Shown here piece by piece: positions 19,349 through 29,903 of a stretch of 64,000 bases of DNA (its first letter is position 1; every line of letters begins with the position of its first letter). The notes beneath the pieces are model-generated. The model saw nothing but the letters and a program-made list of their open reading frames with translations. It did no database searches and was not told the DNA's origin. The stretch covers positions 64,001-128,000 of the forward strand of contig CANQQV010000002.1 in assembly GCA_947626095.1 (NCBI GenBank), read 5' to 3'. Position numbers and translations under genes: made by a program. Source of the DNA: an uncultured Bacilli bacterium. GTDB taxonomy: Bacteria; Bacillota_I; Bacilli_A; RF39; UBA660.

Positions 19349-20986
19349 TTAAACTTCTTGGACAACGGCGATTATCATTGGTTTACATTCAGTTTCATGA
19401 TATAGGTATTTGCCGAGTTCTTCTCTTATTTCATTTTTTATCTTATTATAATCAACATAGTTATCAGTAATATTACGTTCAATAATATTAAGAGATATTT
19501 TTTTGATTTCACTAATCATTTCGCCAGAATCTTTAACATAGATAAAACCTCTAGTAGTTACTTCTGGACCAACTAATAAGACTTTTTCTTTTTTACTGAT
19601 TGTCGCACTAATTAAGACAATACCATTTTCACTTAACATTTCACGGTCTTTAATAACTAGTTCACCAACATCTTCCGTACTATTACCATCGATTAAGATA
19701 TCATTAACTTTAATATGGTCAAAGTTTTCGGTATTTAGTTTACCATCTACAATTTCAATAACATCGCCATTTTGTTTTAAAATAATATTTTCTTTAGGAA
19801 TATTAAGTTCAGAAGCGATATTAGCATTATTAACCATGTAACGATATTCACCTTTAACGGGAATATAGTATTTAGGTTTTAATAAGTCAATCATAATCAT
19901 TAAGTCTTCAGAAGAAGCGTGATGTAAAATACTCTTCTCTTTAGGAACAGATACGATATCGCAGCCATTAGTTGCTAAATCATTTTGAACTTTAACTAAA
20001 GTTTTTTCACTACTATCATATTTTGGTTCAGCAAATACAACGGTATCTGTTTTCTTTAATTTAATAAATTTATCATAACCATTAATGATTTTACTAATTG
20101 AAGCATAAGGATTTTCTTTGCTATCTTGAATTAATAAAATAGCATCTTTATCATCAATATTAGATAAGTCACCTAAAACAGAATCAGGAAATTTTAAATA
20201 TCCTTCTTTTTTAGAAAAAGAAATAATATTTTGTAAGTTTTTACCCATAATAACGACTTTACGATGCGTATTAGCCACAGCATCAAAGATTTCTTGGATC
20301 GTATAGATATGGGTTGGTAAAAGCGCAAATAACATACGATTTTCATGGTGTTTTATCGCATCTTTAAAGAAACTAGTTAAACGATGAGCTGGTGATGTAT
20401 GACCAATACGTTCAGAGAAAACTGATTCACACATTAAAGCTAATACACCTTGTTTACCAATATAAGCTATTTTACCTAAATCCATGGAATATTTATCCAT
20501 CATTTTAGGGTCAATAATAAAGTCACCAGTATATACTATAGCACCATCTTTAGTATTAATAACGTACATAACAGCATCAGGAGCTGAATGGTTAACGTTT
20601 ATAGGAAAGATACTAACGGCACCAAAATTAATCTTTTTATGAGGTTTAATTTCAATTATTTTCTTTTCATCAATACCATCATTAGTTAAGATAAATTTAG
20701 TAAACTTAGTAGCATATACTTTGATATTAGGTAAATCTTTTAATAAATCTTCAGTAGCTCCCATATTTTCATAATGACCATGAGTTAGAAATAAACCTTT
20801 AATACGATTTTGTTTTTTAATTAAATAATCAAAGTCAGGTATTATATAATCAATACCATAAAGATTTTCGTTAGCATACTTAAGGCCACAATCAAAAACA
20901 TATAAATCGTTATCGATATCAACGACATAACAGTTTTTGCCCATTTCATCTAGTCCACCTAGACTAAATATTTTTATATTACACAT
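19349..20986 (-). CDS. rnjB: Ribonuclease J, J2-like (degenerate metallo-beta-lactamase motif)
   Basis: LGGLDEMGKN, THGHYENMG (J2-type, J1 has HGHEDHIG), YTGDF, PVKGEYR, DREMLSENG. Confidence 0.85.
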   Translation of the reverse strand: MCNIKIFSLGGLDEMGKNCYVVDIDNDLYVFDCGLKYANENLYGIDYIIPDFDYLIKKQNRIKGLFLTHGHYENMGATEDLLKDLPNIKVYATKFTKFILTNDGIDEKKIIEIKPHKKINFGAVSIFPINVNHSAPDAVMYVINTKDGAIVYTGDFIIDPKMMDKYSMDLGKIAYIGKQGVLALMCESVFSERIGHTSPAHRLTSFFKDAIKHHENRMLFALLPTHIYTIQEIFDAVANTHRKVVIMGKNLQNIISFSKKEGYLKFPDSVLGDLSNIDDKDAILLIQDSKENPYASISKIINGYDKFIKLKKTDTVVFAEPKYDSSEKTLVKVQNDLATNGCDIVSVPKEKSILHHASSEDLMIMIDLLKPKYYIPVKGEYRYMVNNANIASELNIPKENIILKQNGDVIEIVDGKLNTENFDHIKVNDILIDGNSTEDVGELVIKDREMLSENGIVLISATISKKEKVLLVGPEVTTRGFIYVKDSGEMISEIKKISLNIIERNITDNYVDYNKIKNEIREELGKYLYHETECKPMIIAVVQEV

Positions 20987-21110
20987 TAATAACAACTCTT
21001 TTCTATTATATTTTTATAAAAGGCTTGCGACTAAGTAATTATAACAAATATCTATTAAACTTGCAATGTTTACTAAATTATTTACAAAGGGATAAGTAAA
21101 GACTTATTAT

Positions 21111-21878
21111 TTATTCTTTGATTAATTCTGATAAATATACGATTTCTAGATCTTGATATTTAATTTGATTTAGTAATAGTTCTAATTCACTAAGAGATAA
21201 TGATTTTTGGACTAAGATTATTTCCCCACTACTTATTTTATTTTTGTTAAGACTAAGATTAGAATGATTAATTATTAAAGAGGCTTTAAACAAGTATTTA
21301 TTTTGACACAGTTTAGGAATAGTATTTTTAACATAGCATAGTTGATGGTTAGCTTTTTTCTTATTTAAGTATTTATCGATATTATGGTATGTAGTTGAAT
21401 CATTAGAATTATTAATTAATTCATAAGATAAATTATAGTTTTCTTGGTTAAGGAGAAGATCTATTTGATATTGTTTACTGATAAGATACTTAGTTAATTC
21501 GCTTTCTTCTTCAAAGATTAGAGAAACTCTGTTTTTCTTTTCGTTGCCGCGAATTATTATTTTATCTTTATGATCTTCTAAGCTAATAGTTGGTTTGATA
21601 GTTTCATAGACTAATAAATCTTCGTTGTAACTTTTATTTTTTTGCATGCTTAAAAAAGATTTATTAACATCTACTTCTCTGCCACTTAAACCAGGGATTA
21701 TATAATTATTATCAATAAAGATACTATCGATAGATGAGACATATTTAGATTCTTTTACTTCATTAATACTTTGAAGTAAGGGATTTTTATTTTTAACATA
21801 TAAAGCAATTTCATTAGTATAATAAAAACTTAAGATACATAAACCAATAAGACCTAGATATTTAAAATATTTTTTCAT
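21111..21878 (-). CDS. YlxY-like sporulation polysaccharide deacetylase homolog, degenerate
   Basis: N-terminal TM; IPGLSGREVDVNKS and IIRGNEKKNRVSLIF resemble YlxY; NodB catalytic D/H motifs not evident. Confidence 0.5.
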   Translation of the reverse strand: MKKYFKYLGLIGLCILSFYYTNEIALYVKNKNPLLQSINEVKESKYVSSIDSIFIDNNYIIPGLSGREVDVNKSFLSMQKNKSYNEDLLVYETIKPTISLEDHKDKIIIRGNEKKNRVSLIFEEESELTKYLISKQYQIDLLLNQENYNLSYELINNSNDSTTYHNIDKYLNKKKANHQLCYVKNTIPKLCQNKYLFKASLIINHSNLSLNKNKISSGEIILVQKSLSLSELELLLNQIKYQDLEIVYLSELIKE

Positions 21879-21958
21879 CTAATCACCTATTAAAATATAT
21901 GTTTTACTTTATTTTATAGATATTATTTTATATAATAAATTTTATGTTTAGGGGGATT

Positions 21959-22954
21959 ATGATGATCATAGAGCAATTTTTAATAGATATATTGTTTGAT
22001 ATGTATGAAGGCTTTATGGAATGCCAAGGAATGTCACAAACAGATTTTGATAATATGTTTTGGGACGAAAATGGTTATGAAGTAAGCGAAGATGATTATT
22101 TACAAAATCATTTTGATGAAGTATTAAGTGATGAAGTTATTGATGCTGTTTATTGTTCAGTAATTGAAGATGGTTTACCAGAAGGATACGACTTTAAAGT
22201 ATTTATGAACTTATTACTTAGTAAGTTTTATGTATATAGATATAGTAAGGATGATTCAGTTATTCGTTATATAAAAAATACTAGTTTGGATGATATTATT
22301 AGATTATTTAAAGAAAACTATGATTTTGGCGTTGATTTAATTAGAACTTATTATATGTCTTTAGTCAATAAAAAAAGAAGTGAAGAAAATAGAAAAGTAA
22401 TATATGATAATCATGATGAAGATAAATTAATAAGTTTAGAAAAAGATAGTATTACCTATCAAATTATTTTTATTAATGATTTACTAAGAAATGTCATTTG
22501 TAATTTATATAATCATTTTATTAGTAACGGTTGTGATGATGTGGCGGCTTTAAATTGTACCTGGGCTTATTTCACAGATAATTTTGATCCTTTGGGCGAA
22601 TTAGATCAAATGGGTATTGATCAAGATAGTAAAGATACTTATAAAATTTATATGTTAGGCCTTATAATATCTGATGTATATGAAGATGCTTGTAATAATT
22701 CGATAATAGATAGTGATAATTATTTAGATCGTTTTGCTGATGTTGCAACAATAGTTGGTCTTACTTTTGGTAATGGTGTAATACCAGTTGATGAAGATAT
22801 ACGTAATCGTTTATTAAAACATTTTATTCTTTTACAAGATGAAAAAGAAAAAAAGAAACAAAATAGACAAAAAAGTTATCAGGATGGAAGAATTAATATC
22901 TTAAAAAAAGTTAATCCAGCTTATAAATTAGATGAATTAACTTTTAATAATTAG
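21959..22954 (+). CDS. Hypothetical acidic protein
   Basis: Long ORF with an AGGGGG RBS; no recognised motif. Confidence 0.6.
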   Translation: MMIIEQFLIDILFDMYEGFMECQGMSQTDFDNMFWDENGYEVSEDDYLQNHFDEVLSDEVIDAVYCSVIEDGLPEGYDFKVFMNLLLSKFYVYRYSKDDSVIRYIKNTSLDDIIRLFKENYDFGVDLIRTYYMSLVNKKRSEENRKVIYDNHDEDKLISLEKDSITYQIIFINDLLRNVICNLYNHFISNGCDDVAALNCTWAYFTDNFDPLGELDQMGIDQDSKDTYKIYMLGLIISDVYEDACNNSIIDSDNYLDRFADVATIVGLTFGNGVIPVDEDIRNRLLKHFILLQDEKEKKKQNRQKSYQDGRINILKKVNPAYKLDELTFNN

Positions 22955-22955
22955 A

Positions 22956-23318
22956 CTATTCATCGTCTTCGTCTGATGAAGTATCTTGATCATCTTCTTT
23001 TTTACTAGATAGGAAGGTAACTTTTTCAGCTATAACTTCAGTGGAAGTTCTTTTATTACCATCTTTATCTTCATAAGAAGATACTTGAAGGCGACCTTTA
23101 ATACCAACTATATCGCCTTTATGACAGTATTCACTAGTACTTGAAGCGATAGCATTCCATAAAGTACAGCGGATAAAATCAGTTTCATAAATACCATCAA
23201 TATTTTTAAAGGTACGTTGAACTGCTAATGTTAAATGACTAACTTTACGATTGTCTTCCATTTTGACAACTTCGACATCATCAGTTAAGCGACCGACTAG
23301 AACAACTTGGTTTAACAA
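22956..23318 (-). CDS. ssb: Single-stranded DNA-binding protein (short, SsbB-like)
   Basis: LNQVVLVGRLT, TDFIRCTLW, KGDIVGIKGRLQ; TTG start behind GGAGG. Confidence 0.92.
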   Translation of the reverse strand: MLNQVVLVGRLTDDVEVVKMEDNRKVSHLTLAVQRTFKNIDGIYETDFIRCTLWNAIASSTSEYCHKGDIVGIKGRLQVSSYEDKDGNKRTSTEVIAEKVTFLSSKKEDDQDTSSDEDDE

Positions 23319-23407
23319 TTTTATTCCTCCTTTCAAGGACGAATACTAACAAGTTTTAAGCTTTAGTTCAAATGAGTGTTTTAGTGATTTAGAAATTATT
23401 TATAATT

Positions 23408-23443
23408 AAAAAAGATGTTTTGTTTAGAACAAACATCTTTTTT
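23408..23443 (-). terminator. Intrinsic terminator downstream of sufB
   Basis: AAAAAGATGTTT..AAACATCTTTTT inverted repeat. Confidence 0.65.
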
Positions 23444-23504
23444 GATTGAGCTATATGTTTAATAATCATCGTTTAGATAGGTTTTCAACTTTTTTAAGTA
23501 TTTG

Positions 23505-24800
23505 TTATTCTTTTAATAAACGATTTAATTCGACAGCATATTCCATAGGTAGTTCTTTTTTAAAATCACTTATAAAGCCCATAATAAGTAATTCTTTAGC
23601 ACTATTTTCACTTAAGCCTTTACTAGTTAAATAAAACATTTTTTCTGCACTTACTTTAGAAATTGTAGCTTCATGTTCTAGAGAACTAGTGTTATTACCA
23701 ACGATATTAGTAGGAAAAGTATCACTTTTAGAAATATCATCTAAGATAATAGTGTCACATTTAATAGTGGCTTTACTATTAACAGCGTTTTTCGTTATTT
23801 TAGTAAGACCACGATAGTTACTTATTCCCCCATTAGAAGCAATGGATTTACTAACAATATTACTCTTAGTATTAGGAGCAAGATGAATCATTTTAGCACC
23901 AGCATCAAGGTTTTGACCTTCTTTAGCATAAGCAATAGATATGGAATTACCAGTAGCACCCTCACCTTTTAAAATACAAGAAGGATATTTCATTGTAACT
24001 TTACTACCGATATTACCATCAACCCATTCCATAGTACCATAGTCATCAACGATAGCACGTTTAGTAACTAAGTTATAAACATCAGTTGACCAGTTTTGAA
24101 TCGTTGAATAACGGCAATGAGCATTCTTTTTAATAAAGATTTCAACAACCCCAGCATGAAGTGAAGTGACACTATATTCTTTAGCAGTACATCCTTCGAT
24201 ATAACTTAGGTCAGCTCCTTCATCAACAATAATAATCGTTCTTTCAAATTGACCTAAACTTTCGGTTTCAATACGGAAATAACTTTGCAGTGGGCGATCA
24301 ACTTTAACGTCTTTAGGAATATAGATAAAAGAACCACCGGACCAAACAGCACCATTTAAGGCGGTATATTTATTTTCACTATAATTAACTAAATGATTAA
24401 AATATTCTTTAAATAATTCTGGATACTTCTGTAAAGCATCATCGGTTGATGTAAAGATAATACCTTGTTCTTTAAGGGATTGATTATGATAAACAACTTC
24501 ACTTTCAAATTGATTAGTAACGCCACCTAGATATTTTTTTTCAGCATCAATAACCCCTAGTTTATCAAAACTATTACGAATACTACAATTGACTCTTTGC
24601 CAGTCATTAGTTAATTTCTCAGCTGTTCCTTTATAGTAAGTTAGATTATCAAAGTCAATATCAATAGTTGGACCAAACTTAGGATTATCTAATTCTTTAA
24701 ATTTAGCGTATGATTTTAGACGAAATTCTAACATCCATGCGGGTTCATTCTTCTTTTTGGATAAATCTATAATAAATTGTTCGTTTAGTTCCCTTTTCAT
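23505..24800 (-). CDS. sufB: Fe-S cluster assembly scaffold SufB
   Basis: EPAWMLEFRL, ALNGAVWSGGSFIY, GQFERT, YIEGCTA, KVTMKYPS, EHEAT, KELPMEYAVELNRL. Confidence 0.95.
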   Translation of the reverse strand: MKRELNEQFIIDLSKKKNEPAWMLEFRLKSYAKFKELDNPKFGPTIDIDFDNLTYYKGTAEKLTNDWQRVNCSIRNSFDKLGVIDAEKKYLGGVTNQFESEVVYHNQSLKEQGIIFTSTDDALQKYPELFKEYFNHLVNYSENKYTALNGAVWSGGSFIYIPKDVKVDRPLQSYFRIETESLGQFERTIIIVDEGADLSYIEGCTAKEYSVTSLHAGVVEIFIKKNAHCRYSTIQNWSTDVYNLVTKRAIVDDYGTMEWVDGNIGSKVTMKYPSCILKGEGATGNSISIAYAKEGQNLDAGAKMIHLAPNTKSNIVSKSIASNGGISNYRGLTKITKNAVNSKATIKCDTIILDDISKSDTFPTNIVGNNTSSLEHEATISKVSAEKMFYLTSKGLSENSAKELLIMGFISDFKKELPMEYAVELNRLLKE

Positions 24801-24883
24801 AATCATCACGTTAATTATTATACAACATTAATAATTATTTGAAAATAAACAAATATTTTGCTAATATTATAATAGGTGATAAT

Positions 24884-26203
24884 ATGGAAATACTTGAGGT
24901 TAATAGAAATACTTTAGCTAACTTATATGAACAATTCCCCGAAAACTTTAAAGACTTATCTATGAGTGGTAAGTATTTAGTATATAATGGTGAAGAAGTT
25001 GATATTAGTAACTTTAATATTAATGATTTGTTAAGTGGAGAATCAGAATTTGCGAGCTCTTTAAATAATTTAAATTCAGAAGATATTTTTAAAATAATTA
25101 GATTACATTCTACTTTTTTAAGTTCTACCAATAAAGATTTAACAAGTAAAGAAACTAAAACAGAAGATAAATTAGATGTCATTAAAAGAGATAATCCTTT
25201 AATGCGTAATATAAATGTTGTTGTTAAAACTGATGGTGTTGTTAAAACAGAATATTTCAATATTGTAGATAGTAATGGTGAAGATCATTTATTTGTTAAT
25301 GATCGTGATGTGGATATTTTTTCAATTTATGAGTCATTAAAAGTACGTAATAATGGTTTAGTTACTCCTAACGAATTAATAGAAGCAATTAATCGTAAAT
25401 TATATCGAATTAGTTTAGATAATGCACGATCTTTACAAGATTCTAGTGAAGTATCAGAAGATTTTGCTAATAAAATGAATAAAGTTGGTGAACCATATCG
25501 TGATGATAAATCCGTAAGAGTTTATGGTAATGAAAGTGAAGATATAGCAATAGTAGCTGATGATCGAGCTGCCGAAGAACATACAGTTGTGACATTTAAT
25601 AAAAATGAGAATGGTGATTTAGTAACTGAAAGACATCGTCAAAATGTTAATAGTGAAGAAACAGTAGATAGTGCTTCAGATGCTAGTGAAGATGAAATAA
25701 ATGTTACTGAAGATAGTGATGCCGAAGTTAAAAAAGATAATGAAGAAGAAGTTGTTGAAAGATTAATTAGTGAAGAAGAGTTCTATCGTTTATTAAATTC
25801 AGAAGTAGATTTATCAGAAGAAGAAAGAAATAGTGTTAACCTATTCTATGGTTATTTAGGTGATTTAGTTTTATATGAAGCTTATTTACTTCCAGAACTA
25901 ATGAATATATTAAATAGATTTAGAGCTTATGTATATGGTTTACAATATGAACGTGAAGATGAAACAGAATTAAATAATAAACAACAAGAAGCAATTGATA
26001 AAGCTAATGAATTTGAACAAAACAAAAATCAAGTAGAATTAGATAAAGATCCAACGAAAGTTAAAGAAGAAGTCCAAAAGTTAACATTAAAATATGATAA
26101 TATGAGTGCAGAAAATAAAGGTGTTATTTCGGTCCTACTTGTTTTATCAATTATAATTATTGTTTCAATAATAGTGATGATTATAACGTTTAAAGCACTA
26201 TAA
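24884..26203 (+). CDS. Hypothetical acidic protein with a single C-terminal TM anchor
   Basis: Start MEILE behind AGGTGA; hydrophobic C-terminus VISVLLVLSIIIIVSIIVMIITF. Confidence 0.65.
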   Translation: MEILEVNRNTLANLYEQFPENFKDLSMSGKYLVYNGEEVDISNFNINDLLSGESEFASSLNNLNSEDIFKIIRLHSTFLSSTNKDLTSKETKTEDKLDVIKRDNPLMRNINVVVKTDGVVKTEYFNIVDSNGEDHLFVNDRDVDIFSIYESLKVRNNGLVTPNELIEAINRKLYRISLDNARSLQDSSEVSEDFANKMNKVGEPYRDDKSVRVYGNESEDIAIVADDRAAEEHTVVTFNKNENGDLVTERHRQNVNSEETVDSASDASEDEINVTEDSDAEVKKDNEEEVVERLISEEEFYRLLNSEVDLSEEERNSVNLFYGYLGDLVLYEAYLLPELMNILNRFRAYVYGLQYEREDETELNNKQQEAIDKANEFEQNKNQVELDKDPTKVKEEVQKLTLKYDNMSAENKGVISVLLVLSIIIIVSIIVMIITFKAL

Positions 26204-26231
26204 AAGTATAGGTTTGAACCTATACTTTTTT
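26202..26231. terminator. Bidirectional intrinsic terminator
   Basis: AAAAGTATAGGT-ttga-ACCTATACTTTT. Confidence 0.75.
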
Positions 26232-27228
26232 ATTTTTGGGCTTGAACAGAAGTAATAGCAACGACACCAACGATATCATCAACGGAACAACCACGAGATA
26301 AATCATTGACCGGTTTTTTAATACCTTGAGTTATAGGACCATAGCTTTCAGCTTTAGCTAATCTTTGTACTAGTTTATAACCAATATTACCAGCATCTAA
26401 ATCAGGGAAGATTAAGACATTTGCCCTACCCTTAACCTCTGAATCAGGAGCTTTCATTTCGGCGACTTCAGGAACAATAGCAGCATCTAATTGTAGCTCA
26501 CCATCGATTAAATATTCAGGATATTTCTCATTAGCTATTTTAACGGCTTCTACTACTTTATCAACATCAGCGTGCTTAGCACTACCTTTAGTTGAATGAG
26601 ATAACATAGCTGTAATTGGTTCAGCACCAGTTAATAGTTTAAAGGATTTGGCTGAAGATGCAGCAATAGCAGCTAAACGGTCTGGAGTTGGATTTTGTTC
26701 AAGGCCAGCATCACTAAAGATAAAAGTACCATTATAACCATATTCACAGTTAGGAACAATCATCAAGAAGAAGGCTGATACTAATTCACAATTTGGTTCA
26801 GTTTTAATGATTTGTAAAGCGGGTCTTAAAGTGTTAGCAGTTGAATGACAAGCACCAGAAACAACGCCATCAGCCAAATCATTATGAACTAACATACAAG
26901 CATAGTACATATAGTCTTCTAATAATAACTTTTTAGCTTCGTCTAAAGTTAGACCTTTTTCTTTACGTAATTCATATAAATCATTAATTAACTTAGCCGT
27001 TAGATTATTAGTAAAAGGATTGATAATTTCAATATTAGATAAATCGATATTTTCTTTAGTCGAAAGAACGCTAATCTCCTCCTCACGACCAATTAAGATT
27101 ATTTTAGCAATTTGTTCTTTTTGACAAATAGAAGCGGCTTTTAAAACTCTTGGATCCATTGATTCAGGAAGAATAATGGTCTTTAGATTACTTTTAGCGC
27201 GGGTCTTTATTTTTTCAATAAAACTCAT
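26230..27228 (-). CDS. pta: Phosphate acetyltransferase
   Basis: ILPES, DGVVSGA, DGELQLDAA, FPDLDAGNIGYK, PVNDLSRG. Confidence 0.96.
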   Translation of the reverse strand: MSFIEKIKTRAKSNLKTIILPESMDPRVLKAASICQKEQIAKIILIGREEEISVLSTKENIDLSNIEIINPFTNNLTAKLINDLYELRKEKGLTLDEAKKLLLEDYMYYACMLVHNDLADGVVSGACHSTANTLRPALQIIKTEPNCELVSAFFLMIVPNCEYGYNGTFIFSDAGLEQNPTPDRLAAIAASSAKSFKLLTGAEPITAMLSHSTKGSAKHADVDKVVEAVKIANEKYPEYLIDGELQLDAAIVPEVAEMKAPDSEVKGRANVLIFPDLDAGNIGYKLVQRLAKAESYGPITQGIKKPVNDLSRGCSVDDIVGVVAITSVQAQK

Positions 27229-27243
27229 AAATATTCTTCTTTC

Positions 27244-27930
27244 TTATTGATATTTTTGATAAAACTCTTTCATCGTATTAAAGATAAAAGTAATAATTTC
27301 TTTTTCTTTAACTAACTCTGGCAAATATTTTTGGTAAGTTTCTTTAATATAGGTATCTTTGTTTATAAAAAGATCTTTTTTTTCATCATAATAAACAGAT
27401 TTGATATTTTTATTAAAGAAAATTAAAGGGTTTGTTCGTTCATCTTCAGGTTTAATAGAATGAACAGTAGTTAAAACATTATCTTCGTTATTAATAATTT
27501 GAAAATCGGCAGGAATATTTAAATTATCCATAATATTAAGATTAGGATTATTAGATATAAATTCTAAAGAATAATGTTCTTCAGTTGTACCATTAATATT
27601 AACAACATTACCATCTAAAATATAATAAGGATTATCTAAGGAATAGCTTTCACTAGTTTCAGTAGATAGACAATAATATTTGGTTTCTAAAGGACGCATT
27701 GATTCATAATAAATGTCTTTTAAAGATAGTTCTACTTTAGTTAAATCGGTTTCATAAGAGGCTTTTAAAGCATCAGGATCAAAATTTAGAATATATGGTC
27801 CGACTTTTATTTCATAGTTATGTTCTAAAAGACTAAGACGCATTAGTTTAAAAAGAGTTTTTTCGATATTTACTTTATCGAAATTTTTTGGAGGCATAGG
27901 ATATATTAGTTTTTGTAATTCTTCAATCAT
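27244..27930 (-). CDS. Hypothetical protein
   Basis: 228-aa ORF with a GGTGA RBS; no recognised motif. Confidence 0.55.
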   Translation of the reverse strand: MIEELQKLIYPMPPKNFDKVNIEKTLFKLMRLSLLEHNYEIKVGPYILNFDPDALKASYETDLTKVELSLKDIYYESMRPLETKYYCLSTETSESYSLDNPYYILDGNVVNINGTTEEHYSLEFISNNPNLNIMDNLNIPADFQIINNEDNVLTTVHSIKPEDERTNPLIFFNKNIKSVYYDEKKDLFINKDTYIKETYQKYLPELVKEKEIITFIFNTMKEFYQKYQ

Positions 27931-27979
27931 TTTATTTTCACCATAATTATTATAACATAGATTACCAAAGAAAAAGAAG

Positions 27980-28240
27980 CTATTTAGCTTCGATAATTAG
28001 TTTAATAGCGGTTTTTTCTTTACCATCGATTTCAATATCAGTAAAGGCTGGTATACAAACTAAGTTAATCCCACTAGGAGATATATAACCACGAGCAATT
28101 GAAACAGCTTTAACAGCTTGATTTAGAGCACCAGCACCTACTGTTTGAAGTTCAACTCCCCCTTTTTCTCTAAAGATATTAGCAATAGCACCAGCTACTT
28201 TACTAGGATTTGATTTACTTGATACTTTTAGTATTTCCAT
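27980..28240 (-). CDS. spoVS: Stage V sporulation protein S
   Basis: MEILKVSSKSNP..VAGA, GAGALNQAVKA, CIPAFTDIEIDG. Confidence 0.95.
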   Translation of the reverse strand: MEILKVSSKSNPSKVAGAIANIFREKGGVELQTVGAGALNQAVKAVSIARGYISPSGINLVCIPAFTDIEIDGKEKTAIKLIIEAK

Positions 28241-28305
28241 TTGCTTCCTCTCTTTCTATATTAAAATATATGAGGAAAGGAAAATAATATGAAAAAAGAA
28301 GCTAA

Positions 28306-29538
28306 TTATTTATTAGCTTCTAATTCTTCTTCGATTCTAATTAATTGATTATATTTACAAATACGATCTGTACGAGACATTGAACCAGTCTTGATTTGAC
28401 CTAGATCTAATCCTACTGCTAAATCAGCAATAGTTGTATCTTCAGTTTCACCACTACGATGAGAAATAATTGTATTATAGCCATGACTCTTAGCTAGTTC
28501 AATAGTTTCTAGAGTTTCAGTTATGGTACCAATTTGGTTAACTTTTAAAAGAATAGCATTACCGGCATGTTTATCAATACCCATTTGTAAACATTTTTTA
28601 TTAGTAACAAATAAGTCATCACCAACTAGTTGAATTTTATCACCTAATCTTTCGGTAATCTTAGTAAAGCCTTCCCAATCATTTTCATCTACTGGATCTT
28701 CAATAGAAATAATAGGATACTTACTTACTAATTCTTCATAGAAGTCGATTAATTCATCAGTAGTAAGACTTCTTCCTTCACCTTCAAGATTATATTTTCC
28801 ATCTTTATAAAATTCACTAGCAGCAACATCGATACCTAAGCATACATCTTTACCTGGTTCATAACCAGCTCTTTTAATAGCTTCAACAATAAGTTCAAAA
28901 CCTTCTTGGTTACTATTTAAGTCAGGAGCAAATCCACCTTCATCACCAACACCAGTAGCTAAGCCTTTTTCATTTAAAACTTTTTTTAGATTATGGAATA
29001 CTTCAGCACCTACTCTTACTCTTTCTTTAATTGTATCTCTTTGGGGTATTATCATAAATTCTTGGAAATCTAGTTTATTATCAGCATGAGCGCCACCATT
29101 AATAATATTCATCATTGGACGTGGTAAAGTCTTACCATCACCAACATAAGCATATAAAGGTTTGCCGGCGGCGATTGCACTAGCTTTTAAAGCAGCCATT
29201 GAAATACCTAGGATAGCATTAGCACCAAATTTAGACTTAGTTTCAGTACCATCAAGTTCAATCATGGCATAATCTAAAGCTTTTTGATCAGCTGCATCCA
29301 TACCGATTACTAAGTCTCTTAATGGACCATTAACATTAGCAACAGCTTTTTGTGTTCCCTTTCCCATGTATCTTGTTCCGCCATCTCTTAATTCTAGAGC
29401 TTCTCTTTCTCCTGTTGAAGCACCAGATGGAACAGCAGCACGGCCTAAAACTCCGTTTTCTAGGATAACATCAACTTCAACAGTTGGATTACCACGAGAG
29501 TCAAGAATTTCACGACCAATTACGTTTTTAATTTTCAT
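28306..29538 (-). CDS. eno: Enolase
   Basis: [41 protein letters not shown]. Confidence 0.98.
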   Translation of the reverse strand: MKIKNVIGREILDSRGNPTVEVDVILENGVLGRAAVPSGASTGEREALELRDGGTRYMGKGTQKAVANVNGPLRDLVIGMDAADQKALDYAMIELDGTETKSKFGANAILGISMAALKASAIAAGKPLYAYVGDGKTLPRPMMNIINGGAHADNKLDFQEFMIIPQRDTIKERVRVGAEVFHNLKKVLNEKGLATGVGDEGGFAPDLNSNQEGFELIVEAIKRAGYEPGKDVCLGIDVAASEFYKDGKYNLEGEGRSLTTDELIDFYEELVSKYPIISIEDPVDENDWEGFTKITERLGDKIQLVGDDLFVTNKKCLQMGIDKHAGNAILLKVNQIGTITETLETIELAKSHGYNTIISHRSGETEDTTIADLAVGLDLGQIKTGSMSRTDRICKYNQLIRIEEELEANK

Positions 29539-29631
29539 AACCATCTCTCCTTAATATATTGCTATAAATTATGTTCTTATAGCCCACACATATTATATCA
29601 AAAGGGATGAAAAAAAGGAACAAAATGTTCC

Positions 29632-29901
29632 TTAATTATCAGTAATTTGGTAAGTAACTTTAGCTGCTTCAGATAAAGTTTTTATCATTTCTTCAACAAT
29701 GTTATTTTCAGCTTCAGTATCTATTGGCGATAGTTTACCATCTTCATAGATAGAGGCATAACATTTTATGATGTCATTTTCCTTGTTAAAATCAGTATAA
29801 ACAACATAGTTTTTATGAGTATTTTCAGATTCGAAAGAGAATAAAATATCAAATTCTTTTTCTTCACCTTTATCATTTTTTACTTTTAATTTATTATTCA
29901 T
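29632..29901 (-). CDS. DUF1292 domain protein
   Basis: GEEKEFDILFSFESE..KNYVVYTD..LSPIDTEAE. Confidence 0.75.
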   Translation of the reverse strand: MNNKLKVKNDKGEEKEFDILFSFESENTHKNYVVYTDFNKENDIIKCYASIYEDGKLSPIDTEAENNIVEEMIKTLSEAAKVTYQITDN

Positions 29902-29903
29902 AA

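Noticed and set aside
23339-23346. ACGAATA resembling a ComX cin-box upstream of the ssbB-like gene
   Set aside because: It is on the opposite strand to ssb and is an imperfect match.
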